Origin: Eledone cirrhosa
Taxonomy: Eukaryota
Assembly (NCBI GenBank): GCA_964016885.1
Contig: OZ024742.1
Coordinates: 278,628,001-278,692,000, forward strand
Length of the DNA stretch: 64,000 nucleotides
Direction of reading: 5' to 3'
Of this stretch, positions 13,959 to 29,000 are shown piece by piece. The notes below the pieces were generated by a model. That model did no database searches. It was not told the origin of the DNA and saw only the letters and a list, made by a program, of their open reading frames with translations. Position 1 is the first letter of the stretch. Each line of letters opens with the position of its first letter. A program made the translations under genes and the position numbers.

Positions 13959-14152
13959 GGGCGGTGGATTGGCAGTATCGGTAGAGGGTCGGGCGCCATG
14001 CTTTGCAGCAAAGAGTTACGGCCCTTTATGGTCTGAGTTCAAATCCTGCTGAGGTTAACTTTGCCTATCATCCTTACGGTGTCGATAAAATAAAGTACCA
14101 GTAATACACTAGGCAATTGCTGGCCTCGTGCCAAAAGTAGAAACAATTATTT
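13959..14152 (+). mobile_element. Full-length tRNA-derived Nin/Deu-domain SINE
   Basis: Same motifs; tandem with 13724-13945. Confidence 0.85.
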
Positions 14153-14574
14153 ATTTCGTTATTTTTATTATCATTGTTGTTGCTGTTGTGCTGTTGTGCT
14201 TTGTCATGTTACTTTTTTGTTGTTATTGTTATTGTTGTTGTTGTTACTATTATTAACAACAACAACAACAACAAAAGCAACAACAACAACAACAATAACA
14301 ATAACAACAAAAAAGAACATGAGAAAGCACAGCAGCAACAACAGCAACAACAATGATAATAAAAATAACGAAATGAATAATAACAATAACAACATGAATG
14401 ACAATAGCAGCCACAAAAATAGCAATAGCGACAGCAACATCAACAACAACATCAAGAACAGCAACAGGTTTTTTAACCTACAAACGAAGGCAATATAAAC
14501 ACAGTTTCTCCATATGACAAAAGACGGAAGGACATGAACAATAACAACATAATAGCAATAACAACAAACCTAGC

Positions 14575-14610
<36 letters not shown>

Positions 14611-15490
14611 GTGATATTGGTGATGGTGTTGGTGATAATGATGGTGATGATGGTGATGATGATGGTAATAATGGTGAAGCTATTGGTGATAATGATGGTG
14701 ATGATGGTGATGATGATGGTGATAATGGTGATGATATTGATGATAATGGTGATGATGATGGTGGTGATAATGGTGACGATGTGGTGATAATGATGATGAT
14801 GATGATAATGGTGATGATATTGGTGATAATGATGATGATGTTGGTGATAATGATAATGTTGATGATGCTGGTGATGATGGTGATAATGGTGATGATATTG
14901 GTGATAATGTTGATGATGTTGATGATGGTGGTGATAATGGTGATAATGTTGATGATGTTGGTGATAATGATGATGTTGGTGATAATGATGGTGATGGTGG
15001 TGGTGATAATGTTGATGATGTTGGTGATAATGGTGATAATGTTGGTGATGATGATGGTGATAATGTTGATGATGTTGGTGATAATGATGATGATGATGTT
15101 GGTGAAAATGATGATGATGATGATGTTGGTGATAATGATGATGATGGTGATGATGATGGTGATAATGGTGATGCTTTGGGGATAAGGATGATGATGATGA
15201 TGGTGATAATGTTGATGATGTTGGTGATAATGATGATGATGTTGGTGATAATGATGACGATGTTGGTGATAATGATGACGATGTTGGTGATGATGATGGG
15301 GATAATGTTGATGATGTTGGTGATAATGATGCTGATGATGGTGATGATGATGATAATGGTGATGATGGTGGTGATAATGATGATGATGGTGATGATGATG
15401 GTGATAATGGTGATGATGTTGGGGATAAGGATGATGATGATGATGATGATGATGTTGGGGATAATGATGATGATGAGGAGGGTGGTGATA
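14575..15490. repeat. Degenerate (GAT/GGT/AAT)n trinucleotide tract
   Basis: Direct reading; explains the poly-M/V/I ORFs. Confidence 0.95.
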
Positions 15491-15682
15491 TTAAGTATAA
15501 TGTTTAAACTACCTCCACCAACGCCACTTTTGTGACGTAACGAATACACTTGTTGTTGACTTTGCTCTTGATGCTGATCATGATGATGATAATTATAATG
15601 TTTTATCACTACCACTTAAGTATTTTCAGCTTTCCTTGCTGCTTGTTTTACTGTGTGTTCATTTGTATTACTGTATATATAT

Positions 15683-15735
15683 AGTCCAGAAATAGCCGTC
15701 GAAACGGCTTGAACTCTGGCGTCGGGGTCATACTT

Positions 15736-15740
<5 letters not shown>
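15683..15740 (+). mobile_element. Single short arm of family D
   Basis: TCCAGAAATAGCCGTCGAAACGGCTTGAACTCTGGCGTCGGGGTC between TA tracts. Confidence 0.65.
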
Positions 15741-15787
<47 letters not shown>

Positions 15788-15915
15788 TTATATAAATCAT
15801 GAGAAGAAAGAAGAATACTGCGTGGTTTGCACATGGGTTACATAAGATAAAAATAGTCCTTCGTCAGGGATTTTCCAATCATCATTGGTATTTCATCGCA
15901 TTAAATATATATATG

Positions 15916-16022
<107 letters not shown>

Positions 16023-16197
16023 TGTATATATAAATATATATATATATATATTACTGAGAGTATATAAATCATACACAAAACGCCAGCACCAACAGTTTTG
16101 CAAGAGATGTCAATATGAACGGACCTGTTATTTTTATCTAAATACATTTTTTCCAATTCCATCCCACCCGTCCCTCCAATCTATTTTAATTCTTATT

Positions 16198-16237
16198 TTT
16201 TCTTCTGATGAAGGACTAGCGTCCGAAACGTTAATAC
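16198..16237 (+). ncRNA. Minimal hammerhead-like motif (decayed relatives at about 8600 + and 5215 -)
   Basis: CTGATGA-A-GGAC-TAGC-GTCC-GAAA-CG-TT; stem I poor. Confidence 0.5.
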
Positions 16238-16317
16238 CCTCTTCCTGCTATATCAAGCGTTAACCTAATATATACCTACCATATACTGTACCGATTGTGT
16301 TGTTATTTCTGTTTACC

Positions 16318-16366
<49 letters not shown>

Positions 16367-16385
16367 TATATTATATATATATATG

Positions 16386-17662
<1,277 letters not shown>

Positions 17663-17809
17663 TATTTTCCGTTGTGTTGTAATATAAATATTACACACAG
17701 TAGATTATCAGCTCACGTAGAGTTTGCTCGACGGTTCCAGTTGTAGTTCCAAAAGTAATCCGGAGAAGAATAGAAAGATTTGAATGGATACAGTTTAGTT
17801 GAAAGGAAT

Positions 17810-17926
17810 TTATTGACACGTGTTTCTATAACAGTTACATAACCTAAAACAGCTATCTACAAACTGTTAGTTATGCAGACATTCAATATTTCAATGTTAT
17901 TATTTACTGTCATTTCATCAGAATAA
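17810..17926 (-). ncRNA. PLE-A hammerhead with long stem II
   Basis: Same motif as 35186-35305. Confidence 0.8.
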
Positions 17927-18514
17927 TATTACTGAGGACCTATTTAGTATTTATAGAGAATATTAGGAGGGAGGGGTGAAGTTGTTAGAAGAATAGTTGA
18001 AGGAGTGGTTTTTCGATAGCAGTGAGAATTCTTGGTGGCAGTGAGTAATTAGATTCCCATCTGTTGTTTTGACATTTTTTATAGAATATATTATTGGTTA
18101 TTTTTCTAAATCTATAGAAGGATTAGAGATAGTAAAGATATGCGTGGTTGGTTTTGTGTTTGCACTTAATTAACATTCAGACTTAAATTTTTCTTTCGAG
18201 TGTACGTATCCTTTCACCCACGCATTCACACACAAATGTATTTGCACACCTCTACAAAATACATATACTCACAATTCACATATTCATACTTACATATATA
18301 TACACATGCATACACATATATATACACACATGTATTCATGTACATACATACGCGCTCATGTGTATACATTTTCATACTCAACTTATCTTTATATACACAC
18401 GTATAGACACACACATATATACATACATACTCTAGTCCATGTGTACACACATACACATACATACACATCCATACACACATACATACATACACATATATAT
18501 ATATATATATACAT

Positions 18515-18571
<57 letters not shown>

Positions 18572-18882
18572 TTCACACATATACATATACACACACACAC
18601 ATATATATATATAAGCACTTTAATACATGAATACACTTACATCTAACTATACACATCAAACATATATATATATTTACTTATTTATATACATTTTCACATA
18701 TATATACATACTTATGGACGTTTTTAGACACATTCATTATCGCATATTTGTACCTATTCTCATCAGCATATCTTTTCATTATTAGTATGGTAATTTAAGG
18801 TTATTAATATATGTTGAGAAGAGATTGTTTTTATAATTTTCCAACTAGATTAAGGTTTATATAGTTGGGGGATGTCCCTCTT

Positions 18883-20820
18883 TTATGTAATATTCGGCTT
18901 GTAGTGGGAAAAAAGGGTTTTAGTTCTGTGACGGCAGAATAATGTTCGTTCAATTCTGTTATTCAGCAGTTTCTTCTTGTGTGTGATTATGTAATAAATC
19001 TCAAGATTACACAATTTGCAGAAATTTTGGCTCCTGGAAAAGCTTTGGGTTTTAGCTAATTTTTCCCATTTTAGGGTAAACTTTTGATTGCTATCCCTGA
19101 GCGGCCAAGCTTTTTCTGCTAAAGTTGTTATATTTCTTTGGCTCTGGTGTTTTATTGAGTAAGAATGCCTATAAAATCGAGATTTAAACGATGTTGCCGT
19201 TGATCCCACGTAATACCACTCGTTGCCTCCGGATTTAATGGTACACTTATAAATAATATTTTTTTCCAGGCAGTTATTGCCGAGGGGGCAGTTGTCAGGA
19301 TAGGTGCAGTTACAGTTGTGTACGTTGGGTTTTCTCTGGAGTAGTATTGCGGACGAACTTAGGTGTGGTTTATTTATGTTCTGTAGTGTATTGTCTACTG
19401 TTTTTTTTGAGTTCTTTGTACTTAAGTTCTTAGTGTTTTCGTTTAACCTTCTAGTATTGATCTTTTTTATGTGTTGTTCAAGGTTTAACGCTGTAGAGTA
19501 TGACAGTCTTATAGTGGTAGGGTTTAGGATTTTGTGGTATTTGTGTGATGTGGGAAAATGTCTTTTAATTATTTTAAAGAAGAGTACTGGTAAATTTGTA
19601 CTAATGGAGCTATTGTATTCGGGGTTATACCATAAGTACTCTTTGCATCGCTTTCTATTAGTTTTGTTTGTTGGTTTACTGGTGTGCATACTATGGTAGT
19701 GAGTGTGGTTTGGTGTTGTGTTATTATATCTACCTATGTGGGATTTATTTTGGGTGTTTTGATTGTTCCCATCTATGTACTCTATTTTGTTGAGGTAGCC
19801 TGCTTTACTAAGGGCGTTATCGTAGTACTCGGCGTGTTCCTTAAATACTTGTATGTTAGAAGATAGACCCGAGATTCTAAGGGAAATATTTTTAGGGATA
19901 GATTTAATTATAGAGATGGGGTGGTTAGACCCAACATTTACGTATTTGAGATTTTCATTCAATTTATGAAACGGTTTAATCAAACCAGAGTTTAAATTGA
20001 GTGTGACATCCAGGAAGTTAACTACTTTAAGGTTGTATTCATATGTTATAGTTAGTCCTATTTCGAGTAGTAGTTTTCTTATATCTTTGCGTAGTTTTTC
20101 TAGTTTTTGGTTATTAAGGTTTTTAGCTAGGAGGAGAACATCGTCGCGGTATATTCCGCCGTGGAGATTGCTGAATTTTTCCTGGAGTCTAAAGGCGATA
20201 AATAACCCCACAATATCAGTTATTTCCGCCGAATCGTTAGAGCCCATTGTTATGTCAAAGTTAGAGGGTCTATCTTTACGTACCCAATAACTGTTCTCAA
20301 ATTTGACTATAGTTTTCCTAGCTTCTAATATAATCTTAATTTCATCGTTTGTAAGGTCAGAGTTATCCTTAGCAAACTTAATGGCTCTATTCAAAGTTTC
20401 AGGTGATATCGATGAGTAATATTCATCGATATCAAACTGGATAAACTTAGATTTATTCTTATTGCTAATGCTATTAAACCATCTTATTGCTTCTTGGGTC
20501 TTCCCCCAGAGTTTAATGTTAACCTTAGCCTTAATTTGGGGGATGATTCTATCTAAGATATATTTGCTTATTTTACCTATATCTGATTTAGAGGGGCAGA
20601 TTAATCTAATTTTAGGGTCATTATCAAAGTTTACCTTGTGGTCCTTAAGATTGAAGGTGGGTACCGCCGGTAAGAGTGGTCCTGTCCTATCTTCGATTCC
20701 GAGATTTTTCACTATTTCGCATGCCTCATCATTGATGTGCTTAATGGTTACTTCACTCGTTTTTCTATATTTTTTATGTAATTCTTTTCGAATGAAGTTG
20801 TTGTATGTAGTGCAATCCAT
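18883..20820 (-). CDS. PLE reverse transcriptase + GIY-YIG endonuclease (main ORF part; Nematis-like by motif)
   Basis: QFDIDEYYSSI, FDITMGS, GIYRDD, NFLDVTL; WYNP; CNC-x5-CPLxxNC; NIIYKC..YYVGST..R; CKLC..CRH. Confidence 0.95.
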   Translation of the reverse strand: MDCTTYNNFIRKELHKKYRKTSEVTIKHINDEACEIVKNLGIEDRTGPLLPAVPTFNLKDHKVNFDNDPKIRLICPSKSDIGKISKYILDRIIPQIKAKVNIKLWGKTQEAIRWFNSISNKNKSKFIQFDIDEYYSSISPETLNRAIKFAKDNSDLTNDEIKIILEARKTIVKFENSYWVRKDRPSNFDITMGSNDSAEITDIVGLFIAFRLQEKFSNLHGGIYRDDVLLLAKNLNNQKLEKLRKDIRKLLLEIGLTITYEYNLKVVNFLDVTLNLNSGLIKPFHKLNENLKYVNVGSNHPISIIKSIPKNISLRISGLSSNIQVFKEHAEYYDNALSKAGYLNKIEYIDGNNQNTQNKSHIGRYNNTTPNHTHYHSMHTSKPTNKTNRKRCKEYLWYNPEYNSSISTNLPVLFFKIIKRHFPTSHKYHKILNPTTIRLSYSTALNLEQHIKKINTRRLNENTKNLSTKNSKKTVDNTLQNINKPHLSSSAILLQRKPNVHNCNCTYPDNCPLGNNCLEKNIIYKCTIKSGGNEWYYVGSTATSFKSRFYRHSYSIKHQSQRNITTLAEKAWPLRDSNQKFTLKWEKLAKTQSFSRSQNFCKLCNLEIYYIITHKKKLLNNRIERTLFCRHRTKTLFSHYKPNIT

Positions 20821-20872
20821 AGTGTACAGGTTTGATGTTTTGTCCGCTTTTACTACAATTCCTTTGGTGTTT

Positions 20873-21205
20873 TTAAGGTCGTCCAGTAGTTTTTTTTATA
20901 TCTTTCTGTAATTTGCTGTTGGTGTTGCGTCCTTTGAATTTAATTTTAAGGATTAAGTTCATAAGGTCCTGCTCAAATGCATCTAATAGTGGGTTGGTGG
21001 GTGGGTTTTTACAAGTCCTAAAACCGAATTTGTTGTTTACACCACTTTCTAATGTTAAGTTCATACGGCTTCTATCATAGTGGAGCGTTTTCCACCTGAC
21101 ACGTCGAATGAATTCATTAGTTTTTTGAATCATGCTCAATAAATATTCCTTTCTACCTTGGGTTGGTATGTTTTTGAGTGACATATCCAGGTAGTGTTTT
21201 TCCAT
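20873..21205 (-). CDS. N-terminal part of the same PLE ORF, offset by +1 at an A8 run
   Basis: FIRRVRWK..FGFRT..FEQDL; removing one A at 20890-20897 joins it to LLDDLKNTKGIVVKADKTSN (KADK motif), giving about 773 aa. Confidence 0.85.
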   Translation of the reverse strand: MEKHYLDMSLKNIPTQGRKEYLLSMIQKTNEFIRRVRWKTLHYDRSRMNLTLESGVNNKFGFRTCKNPPTNPLLDAFEQDLMNLILKIKFKGRNTNSKLQKDIKKTTGRP

Positions 21206-21423
21206 TGTTGTGGTTGCGTTTGGTGTGTGGGTTGCTCGACTTTACAGGAGGTAAATATACAGTATTTTCCGTTGTGTTGTAATATAAATATTACACACAG
21301 TAGATTATCAGCTCACGTAGAGTTTGCTCGACGGTTCCAGTTGTAGTTCCAAAAGTAATCCGGAGAAAAATAGAAAGACGTGTCAATAAATTCCTTTCAA
21401 CTAAACTGTATCCATTCAAATCT

Positions 21424-21461
<38 letters not shown>

Positions 21462-21824
21462 ATCATAGATTGAGTTATCAACTCAAAATAGTCTTTTACA
21501 ATTAAATTTCAGAGCCGTGTAATACACGAATCTTCCTGGATATCCGCAGATGAGCACAGGAATTCAGGCTTTCACTTAATAATCCTTTCGAAACATATTT
21601 GCGTCTGTCCGGGTATCAAAGGCTATTGACCGATATAGGTTTGTTATTTTTATTGATTTGTACTTTAAATCGAGTCAGGCCAATTTATTATACTTATTCA
21701 CCAACCAACCAAATTATTTCTCTAAAAACCTGGCATTTCGAGCCACCTTTTTCCATATAAAACAGAAGTAACATTCAAAGACCAACCAGATGTGAGAAAA
21801 ACCACAGAGCCTCATCTCAATTAT

Positions 21825-21862
21825 ACTTTTGAAAAGCAGAAGAACTGCGAAACCGGTAAAGG
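21825..21862 (+). ncRNA. Minimal hammerhead, U3-A8 core
   Basis: CTT-TTGAAAA-GCAG-AAGAA-CTGC-GAAA-CCGG-TA-AAG; in repeat 21791-21961, homologous to 41886-42070. Confidence 0.75.
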
Positions 21863-21965
21863 AACCAAGTAAATATATATTTAAAAAAAAAAGACTCCAG
21901 TTGCATTATCTTTTTTCCTTATACTTTCAATCGTGTAGGACACCTCAGTTATTTTTCATTTCTAT

Positions 21966-22740
<775 letters not shown>

Positions 22741-22748
22741 ATATATAT

Positions 22749-22835
<87 letters not shown>

Positions 22836-22903
22836 CCAGGTTTAGCAAATAGAGAAAAAGTTTTAAAATAAATTTTAAAACGTTCACTGCACTTACTATA
22901 TTT

Positions 22904-22987
22904 ACCCTTACCGCGTGGTTTCAAGTCTCAAAATAAATGGATAATCCATGCGGAAAACCAATGAGAAGGAAACTCTCGTCAGAGGGT
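22904..22987 (-). ncRNA. Type I hammerhead, canonical core
   Basis: ACCCT-CTGACGA-GAGTTTC..GAGACTT-GAAA-CC-ACGC-GG-TA-AGGGT. Confidence 0.85.
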
Positions 22988-23308
22988 TCTTCTCTCTCGG
23001 AGAATATAAAATTCACGAGTTCAAATCACGAACTGGCGCCATACAGAACTGTTCCCGGATGAGAGTGGATGATAAAAAAAACAATTTTCTCTAGTGCCGT
23101 GTGTAAAGATAGAAGGCAAGGGCGGAAAGGTCAATGTCCTGCCACTAGAAATAGCAGCAGTTAAAACGACCAAAATGTTATCTCGACATTAGGGGAGATT
23201 AATAATAACAAAGTATGTTTTCCTACGTGCAAAAAATGCATGTATATACCGTATGCCAATGTGGTTCTATGGCAGGTTAATAAATTAACGAGCTAGAACA
23301 TATATAAT

Positions 23309-23339
<31 letters not shown>

Positions 23340-23449
23340 AAGTGTCAACGTGTGTATATGTGAGAGTGCGTGAGTTAGTAAAACGTTTTTAATTTACAGT
23401 GGAGAAAATAGTGCTAAGACAAACCAACTATATCCACAACAACAGTAAT

Positions 23450-23858
23450 AACGGTTTCTAATTTAGGCACAGGGCCAGCAATTTGGGGAGAGGGGAAAGT
23501 TGATTAAATTGACACCAGTGTATTACTGGTGCTTTATTTTATCGACCCTCGTAAAGATGAAAGACAAAGCTAACCTCGGCAGGATTTTGAACTCAGAATG
23601 TAAAGGGCCGTAACTCTATACGGCACAGCATGGTGCCCGACACTACCAATTCTGCCCATCCACCGCCCTCACAACAAGAGTAATAATTGCTTCTATTTTT
23701 GGCACAAGGTCAGCAATTTACCCAGTGCATTACTGGTTCTTTGTTTTATCGACACCGTAAGTATGAAAGGCAATGTTAACCTCGGCGGGATTTGAACTCA
23801 GAATCGCAAGGGCCATAACTCTATGCGTCAAAGCATGGCGCCCGTGCCTCTACCAATT
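23450..23858 (-). mobile_element. Two tandem Nin/Deu-domain SINEs
   Basis: Reverse-complement SINE cores at about 23450-23669 and 23686-23858. Confidence 0.8.
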
Positions 23859-24421
23859 TTACAGAGTTAGACTTTTCTTTTTATATTCGTTTCCCAATGC
23901 TTGCATGGATTGGACAAATCTGAAAGCTTATCCTGTTTTCATTGGCGTTAATTAAAACGAAGCTTCTCAGTTTTTGTCAGATGAGTGGATTTGGATTAGC
24001 GAAAAAAGGAAACGTATTCTTCAACGTTTCACCAAGCCTGAGAATCGAACTCATTACCTTATGATCGTTGGCCCAGCCCTCTAATCAATATACCACTCAC
24101 GATCATACAACAAAATTAACAATATTTTAACTGTTTTCTAGCATAGCTATATGGACAGCAAATTAGCAAGATAATTAGAGGGTTGGACGAAAGGCTTTTG
24201 CATTCCATCTATGCAGAGGTAAAGCTTTGCTGATATCATTTTTTTTTCTTGCGGTTATCCTCTCAAGGGTTGATAAAAGAGAAAACCTGCCTAGTGCAAT
24301 GCATTAGTTGAATGGTGTTCTTACTTAAATCCAGTGTTTTATTCAAACTCTATGCAAATGAGCATCTTCAAACGATCTTTCATACTCAAAAGAGCATATA
24401 AGTTATAAACTTGTCGCATAA

Positions 24422-24502
<81 letters not shown>

Positions 24503-24688
24503 GATAAATCTACCAAAATGTACGGTAGTGTCCAATCCGTATGAAGAACTCAATGTAATCCGAATATCATGAAAAGAGAAGATGTATTCAAAAGTTATTT
24601 TTGATGAAAAATACAGGAAAACAGAGTCAAGATAAATTAATAAAAATAATGAATAAAAACAAAGAAACGGTTCCTTATATTAAAAAAT

Positions 24689-24826
24689 TCATCATTTTAC
24701 GATCGTTTCTAGGATATATATGTGTGTGTTGGTATGTATATCATATAGATCTATGTAAAATTTTTACAAACTATCAGAGGGAATATACATACCTACACGT
24801 ATATATGCTGTCTTCAGAAATAATGA
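24689..24826 (-). ncRNA. PLE-B hammerhead with 101-nt stem II
   Basis: Mirror of 29001-29138. Confidence 0.8.
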
Positions 24827-25527
24827 TATTTGTTCTTTGAAAAAAACCCAACAAAGATTTAATATAATAAGTCTGTTTGGGAACAGGTTTTGAATTGACC
24901 AATAGAAAGGTAGTAAGTGGTCAATATGATAGAATAGTAGTAATTGAACTTTAATTTAGGTGTAGAGGAAAGTAGATTTCAGTTTTGAATGGAAAGAGTA
25001 TAATGAATGAAAAGATTATTTTGAGGATGAAAATAGGTCAAGCCGGTAAAAGGTACACGAACATATGATGTTATAAACAAATAATGCTAATGTAAATATC
25101 TAAGGAGAATAACATTTTACGATAAATGTGTTAGTGAAAAATATCAATCTTATTTAAAACATAAGGAATTTACATCTATAAAAAGAAAATAAATTAATTA
25201 AATTGAAGGTATATTTATATTGATAAATTTATATTAATTCATATAGATATGATAAATAAGAGTTAGATGTAATTGAAGAATGCTGTTAAAAACGAAGGGA
25301 AAATAAATAAATTATAATAATTATAGATTATAAGGAATATAGATTCGTAACCTGAAATTAAAATAGTTTATATGTATACTTATTGGTATACATTTTAGGA
25401 AAAGATAGCTGTAAAAGGGAAATAAAATTATGCAGTTCATTAGTAGTAGAATATTAATTATAGGTTAACTAATTTTAAAAAAGTGTTATTATAATAATTT
25501 GTAAAGTGTATATTAATTAGGTTTATA

Positions 25528-26874
25528 ATATTTAAAAGTTCTTCTCAATTTAAGATTACATGATATAATTAATTCCTGTCGCTTATTTAATAGGATATCC
25601 ATAGATTTCATTATTTCAAAAAGTTCCTGGGAACATAATCTACATTCATATCTATTATTTTGATAAGCGGTGGCCCTTTTGAGCAAATTCCAGGTCAGGT
25701 TATAATCTATATTCCTTTTTCTATAATTATTAATTATTTCGGCTAAGGATGTTGTATTAGCTAATGCGGCATTTTTAAAACTGTGTTTGTGGGTATTAAA
25801 TCTTACTTTAAATTGGTTAGAAGTAGCTCCTATATATGAATAAGCTGAGTCCTTAGTGTTAATTCTACATTTATATACTATGTTATTAATAAGGCAATTT
25901 CCTTTTAATCGTCAATTTGCTTTGTTTCTACAGTTACAACCTTTCGTGAATGCTGTATCAGAGAAGATAGTCAAATTAGGTGTGGAATTTTCACGATTTG
26001 TTGTATGTGAATGAGATGGTGGTTTGCTGTGGTTTATTTTAGTATTATGGTTAGTATGATGTATTGGTGGTATATTCATGTTTTTTTTTACATTCATATC
26101 CATTATAGGCACTTATATTTTGTTGTATATTTTTGGTTGTTGAGTAGGAGAATTTAACCGTTGATCTATTTAAAATTTGATGGTATTTATGGTTTCGCGG
26201 GAAGTTTTTCTCTAGGATTGTAAAACATTATTTAGGTATATTATCTTTAATTTGTAGATTAAATGGAGCATTATACCAAGTAACTCTTCTATTACGGTTT
26301 CGATGTTGTTTATTATTTTTATAGGATGTATCCTGATGTTTATTAAGAGAATTAGTATTAGAGATTTTATTACACATATTTTTAGTTAGATTCATTGATT
26401 TAGGTGTTTTAGCCTGTTTATTAGGAATTTTGTTATTAACATATATTGGAACATTAGAATGAATGTTTTTTTTGAAAGTTACTATATTGTATATTAGAAG
26501 AGTTAGAGAAATTAAGTTTTATGTTGGTATTTTTGGGTATAGTGTGAGTGGCATTTAGGTGTGTATATTTCATTTGGTGTTTGTTGGTAATATTGGGTTG
26601 TATGTTTGTAGTGTTATTGGTACAAGGTAGGTATACTAATTTGTTTTTGTGGCCGCTTCTAGCTAAAGCTTCGTTATAAATGGTCGCATTTTATCAAATA
26701 CATCCTGGTTAGACGAAAGGTTAGAAATTCTGACTGAGATATTATATGCTAGGTTTTTAAGGATAGATTTAGGGTGATTAGATTGTGAGTGTATGTATTG
26801 TAAGTTTTGGTTAGGTTTATGGTAAGGTTGGTAGATACCCGTAGATAAGTCTACTGTTATATCAAGGAAATTAA
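25528..26874 (-). pseudogene. PLE-B RT thumb/linker/GIY-YIG, left arm
   Basis: NFLDIT..WYNAPF..CNCRNKAN*RLKGNC..NIVYKC..YIG; private frameshifts. Confidence 0.9.
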
Positions 26875-28244
26875 ATTTGAAAACACAAGTAAAGTAGTTA
26901 ATTTCCTTGATATAACATGAGACTTATCTACGGAAATCTCCCAACCTTACCATAAACCTAACCAAAACTTACAATACATACACTCACAATCTAATCACCC
27001 TAAATCTATCCTTAAAAAACCTAGCATATAATATCTCACTCAGAATGTCTAACCTTTCGTCTAACCAGGATGTATTTGATAAAAATGCGACCTTTTATAA
27101 CGAAGCTTTAGCCTGAAGCGGCCACAAAAACAAATTAGTATATATACCTTGTACCAATAACACTACAAACATACAACCCCATATTACCAACAAACTCCAA
27201 ATGAAATATACACACCTAAATGCCACTCACACTATTCCCAAAAATACCAACATAAAACTTAATTTCTCTAACTCTTCTAATATACAATATAATAACTTTC
27301 AAAAAACCATTCAACCTAATACTCCAATATATGTTAATAACAAAATTCCTAATAAACAGGCTAAAACACCTAAGTCAATGAATCTAACTAAAAATATGTG
27401 TAATAAAATCACTAATACTAATTTTCTTAATAAACATCAGGATACATCCTATAAAAATAATAAACAACATCGAAACCGTAATAGACGAGTTACTTGGTAT
27501 AATGCTCCATTTAATCTACAAATTAAAGATAATATATCTAAAATTTTTTTTACTATCCTAGAGAAAAACTTCCCGCCAAACCATAAATACCATCAAATTT
27601 TAAATAGATCAACGGTTAAATTCTCCTACTCAACAACCAAAAATATACAACAAAATATAAGTGCCTATAATGCATATAAATGTAAAAAAACCATGAATAT
27701 ACCACCAACGCATCATACTGACCATAATACTAAAATAAACCACAGCAAACCACCATCTCATTCACATACAACAAATCGTGAAAATTCCACACCTAATTTG
27801 ACTATCTCCTCTGATACAGCATTCACGAAAGGTTGTAACTGTAGAAACAAAGCAAATTGACGATTAAAAGGAAATTGCCTTATTAATAACATAGTATATA
27901 AATGTAGAATTAACACTAAGGACTCAACTTATTCATATATAGGAGCTACTTCTAACCAATTTAAAATAAGATTTAATACCCACAAACACAGTTTTAAAAA
28001 TGCCGCATTAGCTAATACAACATCCTTAGCTGAAATAATTAATAATTATAGAAAAAGGAATATAGATTATAACCTGACCTGGAGTGTGCTCAAAAGGGCC
28101 ACCCCTTATCAAAATAATAGATATGAATGTAGATTATGTTCCCAGGAACTTTTTGAAATAATGAAATCTAAGGATATCCTATTAAATAAGCGACAGGAAT
28201 TAATTATATCATGTAAACATAAATTGAGAAGAACTTTTAAATAG
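26875..28244 (+). pseudogene. PLE-B RT thumb/linker/GIY-YIG, right arm
   Basis: KVVNFLDIT, SNHP, WYNAPF, NIVYKC..SYIGATS..RFNTH, CRLC..LNKRQE..CKH; frame open from 27201 to 28244 except TGA at 27858. Confidence 0.9.
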
Positions 28245-29000
28245 TATAAACCTAATTAATATACACTTTACAAATTATTATAATAACACTTTTTTTAAAA
28301 TTAGTTAACCTATAATTAATATTCTACTACTAATGAACTGCATAATTTTATTTCCCTTTTACAGCTATCTTTTCCTAAAATTTATACCAATAAGTATACA
28401 TATAAACTATTTTAATTTCAGGTTAAGAATCTATATTCCTTATAATCTATATAAATTTATTATTTCTCACTAATAAATTTATCCCCCCCCCCCCCCGCAT
28501 AATAATAATAATTATTTTTTTTATTTTCCCTTCGTTTTTAACAGCATTCTTCAATTACATCTAACTCTTATTTATCATATCTATATGAATTAATATAATT
28601 TTATCAATATAAATATACCTATCAATTTAATTAATTTATTTTCTTTTTATAGATGTAAATTCCTTATGTTTTAAATAAGATTGATATTTTTCACTAACAC
28701 ATTTATCGTAAAATGTTATTCTCCTTAGATATTTACATTAGCATTATTCTTTTATAACATCAAATTTTCGTGTACCTTTTATCGACTTGACCTATTTTCA
28801 TCCTCAAAATAATCTTTTCATTCATTATACTCTTTCCATTCAAAACTGAAATCTGCTTTCCTCTACCCCTAAATGAAAGTTCCATTACTACTATTCTACC
28901 ATCTTGAACATTTTCTACCTTTCTATTGGTCAATTCAAAACCTGTTCCCAAACAGACCTATTATATTAAATCTTTGTTGGTTTTTTTCAATAAACAAATA

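Noticed and set aside
14680-15615. 311-aa Ile/Ser/His-rich ORF
   Set aside because: Product of the (GAT/GGT)n tract, which is open in several frames on both strands
19304-20911. Antisense ORFs over PLE-A (also 35923-37338)
   Set aside because: Shadows of the RT ORF with no independent motifs
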